Part shown: positions 56,372-64,000 of the stretch, one piece after another
How positions within the stretch are numbered: the stretch's first letter is position 1
How the letters are laid out: the number at the start of each line of letters is the position of its first letter
The notes under the pieces: model-generated
The model's input: the letters and a program-made list of their open reading frames with translations, nothing else
Database searches by the model: none
What the model was told of the DNA's origin: nothing
From: Candidatus Caccoplasma merdavium
GTDB lineage: Bacteria; Bacteroidota; Bacteroidia; Bacteroidales; UBA11471
Length of the DNA: 64,000 nt
Reading direction: 5' to 3'
Assembly: GCA_018715595.1 (NCBI GenBank)
Contig: DVLI01000026.1
Span: 65,966 to 129,965, forward strand
Translations under genes and position numbers: made by a program

Positions 56372-59300
56372 ATGAGAAAATCTTTGCAGTTATTCAGTAT
56401 TGTTGCAGCCCTGCTTCTTTTCTCGTCGCAAGCCATGGCCCAGAAAGTAAGAGTCGTTTCGGGCGTGGTCACTGACGGGAAAAACGAAGTGTTGGTGGGC
56501 GTGACCGTGGCGGAGAAAGGCGCCTCTTCGGGAGGTGCCATCACCGACGAAAACGGTCGCTACATGATTCTTATTCCAAACAATGACGCGACGGTCATTG
56601 TCTTTTCCTCGATCGGTTTCGAGAAAAAAGAGGTGACTGTCGGCGACAAGAAGGTCATCGACGTTACCCTTCAAGAAAAAAGTGCCTATCTCGACGAAGT
56701 GGTGGTAACCGGTTACCAGAATGTCAATCGCCGCGAGTTGGCCAGTGCCGTTTCGCAGATTGAGATGGAAGACATCAAGTTGTCCGATAAATTCTCCATC
56801 GACCAGATGTTGGCGGGACAGGTGGCCGGCATGTCGGTCATGACGACCAGCGGAGGCCCCAGTGCGACCCCGAAAATCCGTATCCGCGGAACCTCTTCCT
56901 TATATGGAAATACCGCACCTCTGTGGGTGCTCGACGGTATCATTCTCGACGACAACAGTGTAAACTGGGACGAGAGCGGCAACCTCGACCCCTTGGCCGA
57001 AGATGCCCAATATCTGGTGGGTAATGCCATTGCCGGTGTCAATCCCAACGACATCGAGAGCATTACCGTCCTGAAAGACGCCTCGGCAACGGCCATTTAT
57101 GGTGTGCAGGCCGCCAACGGCGTCATTGTCGTGACCACCAAGAAAGGCCGCAACGGCCCCGCCCAGGTGACTTACAACGGCTCCGTTTCCATCAACCAGC
57201 GCGAAAATTACCGCCGCCTCTATTTGATGGATGCCGGCGAACGCGTCCAACTGTCGAAAGATTTGCTCGATTCCCGCCTTACCTATACCCGCAAGAACTT
57301 CACGCTCGGTTATGAGATGCTCAAAAACCAGTACGACGCCAAGGCTTTGAGCCGCTCCGAATTCAATGCCGCCGTCGATGAGATGATCGACCGCAATACC
57401 GACTGGTTCGACCTCCTTTTCCGCAATGCCGTGACACAGAACCATACCCTCAGCCTCTCCGGCGGTAACGAAAGCACCACCTACTATTCTTCGGTGGGCG
57501 CGTCGATATCGGAGGGTACGGCCCGGCAAGAGCTTTCGAAGCGTTACACGGCCACGTTGAAGGTCAATTCCTGGATCAGCCCCAAAGTCTACCTCGGCTT
57601 CCAACTCAACGGTTCGATTACCGACAACCAAGGCTACCACAGCAGTTTCAATCCCGACTCCTATGCCCGGGAAACGGCACGGACGATACCGGCTTACAAT
57701 CCCGACGGTTCGATGTTTTTCTACCAGCCCTACGAGTCGTTCTCATCGAGCAACATGGCCAGTGAGACATACGCCTTCAACGCCTTGCACGAGTCAAAGA
57801 CCACCGGCAACTATGCCGACCTCGCCAGCCTCACCGGGTTGATGAATTTCGTCTGGAAAATCTACGACGGCCTGCGATATGAGATGACCGGGTCGTATGT
57901 CTACAATGCGACGAAGACCACCTCTTGGGCTCAAGAAGACTCCTACTATGTCAACACCCTGCGCGGATATATCTATGATACATTGGAATTTAACAGCATA
58001 TATTGGAACGAGAGCGTCATACCCCAGGGCGGCGTGATTTCAAAAGCCGAAACCAGCAAGACGACCCTCGATATCCGCAACACGCTCAACTATTCCAAGG
58101 ATTTCCGCGGCCACTTGGTGAGTGCATTGGCCACTTCCGAGATACGCAGTGTCATCACCGACGGTTTTTCGGGCACATATTATGGTTGGATGCCCGAGCG
58201 CGGGCAGGTCATATCGCCGGCATATACCGATGCATTTGTTCGAGAATTTTCCCGTGGGAATTTCACTCCTGTGATTACCGACAACCAGGCCAATACCGTG
58301 TCGTGGATTTTTTCGGGCATCTACTCCTACCGCGACACCTACACCCTCAATGCCAACGTGCGTATGGACGGCAGCAACCAGTTCGGCGAGAATCCCGAAT
58401 ACCGATTCCTCCCTATATGGTCGGTAGCCGGCAAGTATGCCATCACCAACGAGTCGTTCATGAAACCCTATGAAGATTGGCTCTCCTACTTGGCGTTGCG
58501 CCTCTCTTACGGTATCCAGGGGAACGTCGACAAAGGCACGTCGCCCGACTTGGTCATGCAGATTGGTTCCATCAATTCCTACACCGGCATGGCCACATCG
58601 ACGGTGGCCTACTGGCCCAACGAGGACCTGCGCTGGGAAAAGACCACCCAATACAACGTCGGCCTCGACATGTCGTTCCTGCTCGACCGCATCACCGCCA
58701 CCGTCGATGTCTACAAAAAGGTGGGTACCGACATGATTGTCAACAAGACCATCTCTGCTGTCAACGGCTACACGTTGCGGAAAATCAACGGCGGTGATGT
58801 CAACAACAGCGGTGTGGAACTGGCCGTGAAATTCACCCCCGTGCAGACCAAAGACATGCGTTTTGTCATCGGCCTCGTGCACTCCTATAACAAGAACGAG
58901 TTGATACACGCCAATGACGAGACAAGCAACACGCGGGAGAACATGCTCTCGGGCGCGGCGCTCATCGAGGGTGAGGCGTTGGGTACCATCTATTCTTATC
59001 CCTTTGCCGGCCTCGACCACGAAACCGGCCTCCCGATTTTCTACGACAAGAATGGCAATACCTCGGCCACATGGGGAAGCCGCACCTATAAGAACTACAC
59101 CCTCTACGAAGACGAGATAAAGCTTGTGAAGTCGGGCGTCGTTTCGCCTCCCCACACGGGCGGCATCAACCTCGAATACCGTTGGAAGGAGTGGATTCTC
59201 CGCGGTTCGTTCACCTATTCGCTCGGCGCGGTCAACCGCCTGCCTTTCATCTATGGCGACTACGATGCCGTGTTCGACCCCGAAAAGAACGTGACGCGGG

Positions 59301-59686
59301 AACTCCTGAACCGCTGGCGCGAGCCGGGCGACGAGTTGCACACCAACATTCCCGCCCTCTACGACGACAATACCTATACCGATTTGGGTGTGCGCCAACC
59401 GCGTACCAATGTCGACCACATCTACGGCACCTCCATGTATGACTACTCCACGGCACGCGTATGCTCGACCGACAATTTCCGTCTCCGGAGCCTGTCGCTT
59501 TCATACATCTTCAACAAGAAAATGCTCAAAAAGATGCACTTGGCCAATTTCCAGATTTCGGCCCAAGCCAACAACCTCTTTATCCTTGCCGACAAGCGTT
59601 GGCACGGTTTCGACCCCGAACAGGGCAGTTCGGCCACCTCTTCGATTCCGCGCACCTATTCGGTGTCGGTGACAATCGGTTTCTAA
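56372..59686 (+). CDS. SusC/RagA-family TonB-dependent outer-membrane transporter
   Basis: Signal peptide MRKSLQLFSIVAALLLFSSQAMAQ is followed by a carboxypeptidase-D-regulatory-like domain (VSGVVTDGKNEVLVGVTV), a plug (VVVTGYQNVNRRELASAV), a long beta-barrel and a terminal Phe. There is no N-terminal STN signalling extension. Confidence 0.93.
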   Translation: MRKSLQLFSIVAALLLFSSQAMAQKVRVVSGVVTDGKNEVLVGVTVAEKGASSGGAITDENGRYMILIPNNDATVIVFSSIGFEKKEVTVGDKKVIDVTLQEKSAYLDEVVVTGYQNVNRRELASAVSQIEMEDIKLSDKFSIDQMLAGQVAGMSVMTTSGGPSATPKIRIRGTSSLYGNTAPLWVLDGIILDDNSVNWDESGNLDPLAEDAQYLVGNAIAGVNPNDIESITVLKDASATAIYGVQAANGVIVVTTKKGRNGPAQVTYNGSVSINQRENYRRLYLMDAGERVQLSKDLLDSRLTYTRKNFTLGYEMLKNQYDAKALSRSEFNAAVDEMIDRNTDWFDLLFRNAVTQNHTLSLSGGNESTTYYSSVGASISEGTARQELSKRYTATLKVNSWISPKVYLGFQLNGSITDNQGYHSSFNPDSYARETARTIPAYNPDGSMFFYQPYESFSSSNMASETYAFNALHESKTTGNYADLASLTGLMNFVWKIYDGLRYEMTGSYVYNATKTTSWAQEDSYYVNTLRGYIYDTLEFNSIYWNESVIPQGGVISKAETSKTTLDIRNTLNYSKDFRGHLVSALATSEIRSVITDGFSGTYYGWMPERGQVISPAYTDAFVREFSRGNFTPVITDNQANTVSWIFSGIYSYRDTYTLNANVRMDGSNQFGENPEYRFLPIWSVAGKYAITNESFMKPYEDWLSYLALRLSYGIQGNVDKGTSPDLVMQIGSINSYTGMATSTVAYWPNEDLRWEKTTQYNVGLDMSFLLDRITATVDVYKKVGTDMIVNKTISAVNGYTLRKINGGDVNNSGVELAVKFTPVQTKDMRFVIGLVHSYNKNELIHANDETSNTRENMLSGAALIEGEALGTIYSYPFAGLDHETGLPIFYDKNGNTSATWGSRTYKNYTLYEDEIKLVKSGVVSPPHTGGINLEYRWKEWILRGSFTYSLGAVNRLPFIYGDYDAVFDPEKNVTRELLNRWREPGDELHTNIPALYDDNTYTDLGVRQPRTNVDHIYGTSMYDYSTARVCSTDNFRLRSLSLSYIFNKKMLKKMHLANFQISAQANNLFILADKRWHGFDPEQGSSATSSIPRTYSVSVTIGF

Positions 59687-59702
59687 CCTATCAAACTTTA
59701 AC

Positions 59703-61250
59703 ATGCACATGAAGACGACAACCCTGATACGAAAAATAAGTTTCCCCGCTCTCTTTGCCCTTTGCCTGGGCATGGGCGGGTGCAATGATTTTCTCGAACG
59801 CTCGGCCCAGAACTTGGTCATTCCCACCACCTGCGCCGACTACACCGAGATACTCCAAGGCGAAGGCTACTTCGGCGATTTGATTCGCGAAGGCGTGTGG
59901 GTCAACCTGATGACCGACGACATGGAGTTGTTCACACCCCGGTATGACAATACCCTGCCTTATGCCCTCAACAACTACCGTTACGTCTACCAGTGGCGCG
60001 ATGAGATAGAAATCGAGGACGAATCGTTCGAAGACGAGCTTTTCAATTTCCTCTATTCCCAAATACTGGTGGCCAACACCTGCATCGATGCCCTCGACCA
60101 GGGGCTCGAAGGGACACCCGACGAGCAGGAGATACTCCGCGGCCAGGCGTTGTTCCACCGGGCTTTTGCCTACCTCATGCTGGCCAACCTCTATGCCGAG
60201 CCTTACGACTTTGCCACGCCCGAGACCCCATGCGTGCCGTTGAAGACCGACCCCACGCCGTCGCTCCAACCGTATGAGCGGGCAACCTTTGCCGAGGTTT
60301 ACAAGCAAATCGATGACGACATAACCGAAGGGTTGGCGGCCTTGAAAGGGAAAGATACCGGCAACTATTATTACATCGGCTACAACGCCATGCTCTTCGT
60401 GGCCATGCGCAAAGCGCTTTATACCAACGATTTCGATGCCGCCATCGAGTATGGCAAGGAGATATTGGAGGCCAACGATGCCCTATTCGACATCACCGAC
60501 CGCATTCAGTCGGTTGCCCCGGGCGAAATAAACGGCTCCGATGCCTACGACAACTTTATGCAACCGGCCAATCCCGAGCTGATGTTTTGTTTTGCCTCTT
60601 CTACCACAACCATATCGAATCTTATTTCCAGATCCGATGCCTATGAACAGACTTATACCTTGTCGCGCACCATCGACAACAATCTTATTGGTTTGTACGA
60701 CTACGACACGACCACCTGCATCGGCGACCACCGGTTGGCCTATTGGTTCATTGCCCCCCACGAAGCGCCCGGTGAACTCTACCACAAACGGGGGAATTAC
60801 TACGCTTTGAAATTCAACACATACGATGACTTGTACATGCGTGCGGCTTTCCGCTCGGCCGAGGCTTATGTCACACTGGCCGAAGCCTATGCCCGCAAGG
60901 AAAATCCCGATTACGCCACCGCACTCGACTATGTGAACCACCTGCGCCGTTACCGTCTCGATGCCCAAGCCTACGAGGAGTTGACCCCGGCCGATTTTGC
61001 CGGTGGCGAAGAGATTGTGCAATTTATCTGGGACGAGCGTCGCCGGGAGCTTTGCGGTGAAGAGTTCCACCGCTTTTTCGACCTGCGCCGCACCACCCGT
61101 GCCGAAGTTATCCACCCTTACGGGAATGCCGGTTACTATCGCCTCGAAAAAAACGATGCCGCCTATACGCTCAACTTCCCGTTGGCCGAGCGGCAAATCA
61201 ATCCGCAAAATGTCAACCCCCGTCCTGCGAGAGCCTTGATTTCATATTAG
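59703..61250 (+). CDS. SusD/RagB-family nutrient-binding lipoprotein
   Basis: Lipobox LGMGGC. It is TPR-like helical (RGQALFHRAFAYLMLANLY, RSAEAYVTLAEAYAR, ERRRELCGEEFHRFFDLRR) and lies 16 bp after the susC-like gene. Confidence 0.9.
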   Translation: MHMKTTTLIRKISFPALFALCLGMGGCNDFLERSAQNLVIPTTCADYTEILQGEGYFGDLIREGVWVNLMTDDMELFTPRYDNTLPYALNNYRYVYQWRDEIEIEDESFEDELFNFLYSQILVANTCIDALDQGLEGTPDEQEILRGQALFHRAFAYLMLANLYAEPYDFATPETPCVPLKTDPTPSLQPYERATFAEVYKQIDDDITEGLAALKGKDTGNYYYIGYNAMLFVAMRKALYTNDFDAAIEYGKEILEANDALFDITDRIQSVAPGEINGSDAYDNFMQPANPELMFCFASSTTTISNLISRSDAYEQTYTLSRTIDNNLIGLYDYDTTTCIGDHRLAYWFIAPHEAPGELYHKRGNYYALKFNTYDDLYMRAAFRSAEAYVTLAEAYARKENPDYATALDYVNHLRRYRLDAQAYEELTPADFAGGEEIVQFIWDERRRELCGEEFHRFFDLRRTTRAEVIHPYGNAGYYRLEKNDAAYTLNFPLAERQINPQNVNPRPARALISY

Positions 61251-61298
61251 GAAAATCCAACTCAAATAAATTTACAAACCTTTTTAATTTATCAAATT

Positions 61299-62531
61299 AT
61301 GAAAAAAACTCTGATGTTTGCAAGCTGCCTGTTGGCAGCTGTGGCGTTTACCGCATGTAGCGATGACGACAACGATAACAACGGCGATGGTGGTGCAACC
61401 ACTCCGGCACCCGAAATGGGCGTTGAGGCATTTAATGCAAAGTATGACTTGCAGGCAACACTCAACGTCGATACTGCTACTTTTAATTATGCTTCACTTG
61501 ATGGCAAAATGTTCTCATGGGATTTGGACATGGCTGATGAAAACGGCGATTCGATTCCCGATTTCCAAGGTCAGTACTTTGTGGCTGCCGATAATGAATA
61601 TGTAGATAAAGTGCTGGGCTTCCTTGATTCCGAAGTATTCCCGGTATTTGGTGAGGAATTTATTTCCCAATACATGCCGCGCACCATTTATTTTGCCAGT
61701 GAAGTACAATATAATCCCATGTACAACAATCGTGAATTGGGTATTTTGTATCAATCAAAGGATTTCTACTACGCATTTGATGGAGGTATCTGTTGCCCCA
61801 ATTATATTATGTTCTCGCACTGCTGTTCCGACTTTGACACGATGGACAAAACCTACTTGAAACGCCTTTATACGTCGTTGGTTGTGGAATATATCTTCAC
61901 CAACATTGCTAACAGCCGGCTTGATGAACCTACCGCATTCAACCAATATAGCATTGACTATACGGTTGGAACATCGGTTTGGGGTATTGAATTCTGCTTC
62001 AACAAGAATTGCGATGGGTATTATTTTTCATCTGCCGATGATTTCGAAACGGGTATGCTGAATTATAATCCTGAATATGATACTGCTGAAGAGATCGTAA
62101 ACGGAGAAAACATGTGGCATTTCCCTACGGTTTGGTTCCAAAGTGAATTGCGTCCAGCCCGTATAGGTGTTACCGAGTTAACCCGCTATGATGACGAAAC
62201 CTTGAATGATCCTGATTACAGCATCTATCATAGATATGGGACCGTATATTATAGACCTTCTTTGGCACAAGTCATGGGCGACTATGTTGCCTTTATCGTG
62301 ACCACAACGGCTGCCGAAAAAGAAGCATACTATGCTGAAATTGAAAATGCTGTGGCCGAAGCTATCACCGAAGATGACGACAAAGAAGGTGTCGTATTCC
62401 CTGCTACTGATCAATATTTGAATGGTTCTGCCAAGACCAAAGATCAAGTACTGCCCGACATCAAAGCTCGTGTAGAACTTTGCAAAGAATACTTCGCCAA
62501 CTATGGTGTTATTCTGACCGACAAACAATAA
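61299..62531 (+). CDS. orphan acidic, cysteine-rich surface lipoprotein (unknown family)
   Basis: Lipobox AFTAC is followed by SDDDNDNNGDGG, an acidic post-Cys stretch like the Bacteroidota surface-export signal. There are seven further cysteines, including two vicinal pairs (GGICCPNY, SHCCSDF) and CFNKNC. 410 aa with no HExxH or other catalytic motif I recognise. Confidence 0.75.
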   Translation: MKKTLMFASCLLAAVAFTACSDDDNDNNGDGGATTPAPEMGVEAFNAKYDLQATLNVDTATFNYASLDGKMFSWDLDMADENGDSIPDFQGQYFVAADNEYVDKVLGFLDSEVFPVFGEEFISQYMPRTIYFASEVQYNPMYNNRELGILYQSKDFYYAFDGGICCPNYIMFSHCCSDFDTMDKTYLKRLYTSLVVEYIFTNIANSRLDEPTAFNQYSIDYTVGTSVWGIEFCFNKNCDGYYFSSADDFETGMLNYNPEYDTAEEIVNGENMWHFPTVWFQSELRPARIGVTELTRYDDETLNDPDYSIYHRYGTVYYRPSLAQVMGDYVAFIVTTTAAEKEAYYAEIENAVAEAITEDDDKEGVVFPATDQYLNGSAKTKDQVLPDIKARVELCKEYFANYGVILTDKQ

Positions 62532-62542
62532 TTATCGATGCG

Positions 62543-62576
62543 CAATCCTTACATGCCGACGGGTGTGTAAGGATTG
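62543..62576 (+). terminator. strong hairpin between the orphan lipoprotein and tlpA-like genes (attenuator or terminator)
   Basis: A perfect 11-bp stem, CAATCCTTACA-(12-nt loop)-TGTAAGGATTG, followed only by TTGT, so any T run is weak. Confidence 0.45.
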
Positions 62577-62611
62577 TTGTATCCAGTAATCTGTAATAAA
62601 CATTATCAAAC

Positions 62612-63739
62612 ATGAAACTGAAAAATTTAACCGTAATTGCCTTGACCGGCATGGTGTGCATGACGGCTTGCACATCGCAACCTGCCGTAGAAGGAAAATG
62701 GGTGGGCGGAGCCGGCAAAACCGTCTACCTGCAACAAAAGGCCGATGACCAAACCCGTGTCGTCGATTCGGCCGTGGTGGCTGCCGACGGGTCATTTGCG
62801 TTTGCCCTCCCTGCCGGGAAAATCGACGTGTATGAACTCAGCGCCGCCAACGAGGCAAGAAAGAACCTCCTCCTGTCGGACGTGCCCGTTGTCGTGACCA
62901 TCGAAACCGAAACGGAAACCAACGAAGACAGCACGACTGTGGATGTATTGAGTATCCTCGCCGAAGGCGATGAACAAAAAGCCTATGAAGATGGCTACGA
63001 TCTGATTATGGCTTCGGCATTCATGTCGTTAGGAAGAATGTTTACATTCTCAAACATTCTCTCGGGAGAAGACAAGAGCATGACGATAGACTCAGCCGTA
63101 GTCCTGTATAACATGATCGAAGCAAAGATGCAAGAGTCGATGGCCAACTATGTCGATTCTGCCAAGAACAATTATGGCGTTGCTTATTTCATCAAGGAGT
63201 ATATGATTCAAAACAAACCTTTCGATGAAGTAGAAGCCGCTTATGAGTCTTTGACCGATCGTGTAAAACTCTCCAATCCCGGTATCGAATTGAAGGCCGC
63301 CATTGACGAATTGGCCAGCGTATCGATTGGAGGTACGGCTCCCGACATTACCTTGATGACCCCCGACAGCACCGAATTGTCATTGTCGAGCTTGCGCGGA
63401 CACTATGTATTGCTCGATTTCTGGGCATCGTGGTGCGGCCCCTGCTTGCGAGAGGTTCCCAACGTGAAGGCTATCTATGACAAGTATCACGATAAAGGTT
63501 TCGAAATTTATGGCGTATCGCTCGACGAAACCCCCGATCCTTGGAAAGCCGCCATTAAGAAAAACGAGATGAACTGGCATCACGTTTCTTCGTTGAAAGG
63601 TTGGGATTGCCCCACTGCCAAACGTTACAATGTAACCGGTATTCCCCGCATGTATATTATCAATCCCGAAGGCAAAATCATTGCCATGGATTTGAGAGGC
63701 GAGGAATTGGCCAACTTTGTTGCCAGCCTGTATGAATAA
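62612..63739 (+). CDS. TlpA-family thiol:disulfide oxidoreductase lipoprotein (DUF4369-like N-domain plus thioredoxin fold)
   Basis: Lipobox CMTAC. The C-terminal thioredoxin-like domain carries the redox motif LLDFWASWCGPC and GIPRMYIINPEGKI (cis-Pro loop). Confidence 0.88.
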   Translation: MKLKNLTVIALTGMVCMTACTSQPAVEGKWVGGAGKTVYLQQKADDQTRVVDSAVVAADGSFAFALPAGKIDVYELSAANEARKNLLLSDVPVVVTIETETETNEDSTTVDVLSILAEGDEQKAYEDGYDLIMASAFMSLGRMFTFSNILSGEDKSMTIDSAVVLYNMIEAKMQESMANYVDSAKNNYGVAYFIKEYMIQNKPFDEVEAAYESLTDRVKLSNPGIELKAAIDELASVSIGGTAPDITLMTPDSTELSLSSLRGHYVLLDFWASWCGPCLREVPNVKAIYDKYHDKGFEIYGVSLDETPDPWKAAIKKNEMNWHHVSSLKGWDCPTAKRYNVTGIPRMYIINPEGKIIAMDLRGEELANFVASLYE

Positions 63740-63758
63740 TTGATGAATGGCATATCAT

Positions 63759-63791
63759 AAAAAAGCCCGCAGGTTCAATGCGGGCTTTTTT
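63759..63791. terminator. bidirectional intrinsic terminator
   Basis: AAAAAAGCCCGCA-GGTTCAA-TGCGGGCTTTTTT lies between convergent genes. Confidence 0.85.
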
Positions 63792-63793
63792 AT

Positions 63794-64000
63794 TCAGTCA
63801 TTTTCATCATGGTCGTGAGTGAGAAATGTCTCGATGTTGTAACGAGGACGCTGTTTTACCTCGATATATATTTTCCCGATATATTCACCTATCGTGCCGA
63901 TAGCTATCAACAGCACGCTCCCCAGGAACCACAAGGAAAGCATCAAGGAGGCCCACCCTTCGACCGTACGTCCCATGAAGAAGGCAACGAGGGTATAGAT
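63794..64000 (-). CDS. C-terminal part of a GT2-family polyprenyl-phosphate glycosyltransferase (truncated by the window edge)
   Basis: The reading frame is open to the window end. The C-terminal TM pair and tail ([40 protein letters not shown]) is typical of GtrB/ArnC/DPM1-like enzymes. Confidence 0.65.
   Translation of the reverse strand: MYTLVAFFMGRTVEGWASLMLSLWFLGSVLLIAIGTIGEYIGKIYIEVKQRPRYNIETFLTHDHDEND

Noticed and set aside
62903-62920. Three hexamer repeats (gaaacc gaaacg gaaacc) in the tlpA-like gene
   Set aside because: They encode ETETET in an acidic linker. With only three imperfect copies in multiples of three, there is no frameshift potential and phase variation is unlikely.
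1-64000. Search for tRNA, rRNA, CRISPR arrays, transposases, integrases, toxin-antitoxin pairs, restriction-modification or other defence genes
   Set aside because: None found. All intergenic gaps are 370 bp or shorter and are explained by promoters, terminators or AT-rich spacers. I noticed no direct-repeat arrays and no ORF with recombinase, nuclease-defence or phage signatures.

Overview
This is a chromosomal, mostly housekeeping window from a Bacteroidota (Bacteroidales-like) genome, roughly 50% GC by eye. The phylum call rests on a SusC/SusD pair, many lipoproteins with Bacteroidota-type lipoboxes, TAnnTTTG -7 promoter boxes 20-60 bp upstream of start codons, and no Shine-Dalgarno sequences. 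Layout: aroE, a GldB-like lipoprotein, an amidase and mlaD lie left of dnaA (4712-6109). To its right, after one minus-strand nitroreductase gene, run 20 intact plus-strand genes (7302-29581): nrdJ, malQ, tetR, fabG, an rluA-family gene, a DUF1593 gene, ferritin, kduI-kduD-DUF4861, purU, hisH-hisA-[BNR lipoprotein]-hisF-hisIE, ftsE, lysC, lysA and an orphan secreted protein. Next comes a minus-strand five-gene pectin / rhamnogalacturonan-II type operon (PL10, PL1, GH78, GH140/DUF4038, and a 1108-aa sialidase-like plus six-hairpin fusion). More housekeeping genes follow (nfo, Fe-ADH, trmH-family, mazG, nrnA, glmM, mscS-family, lepA, nhaA, miaA). The right end holds a CAZyme-free SusC/SusD locus with an orphan Cys-rich surface lipoprotein and a TlpA-type thioredoxin lipoprotein. 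I saw no rRNA, tRNA, CRISPR array, transposase, integrase or phage gene, and no clear-cut novel defence or mobile system. The observations most worth a second look are: (1) the SusCD / Cys-rich lipoprotein / thioredoxin locus, (2) a BNR-propeller lipoprotein inserted in the his operon, (3) the regulator-less, transporter-less RG-II-type enzyme operon, (4) a PAP2 phosphatase fused to a beta-rich C-terminal domain, and (5) a truncated DeoR regulator marking a rearrangement joint. All family assignments come from reading motifs and from memory of these families. No database search was run.
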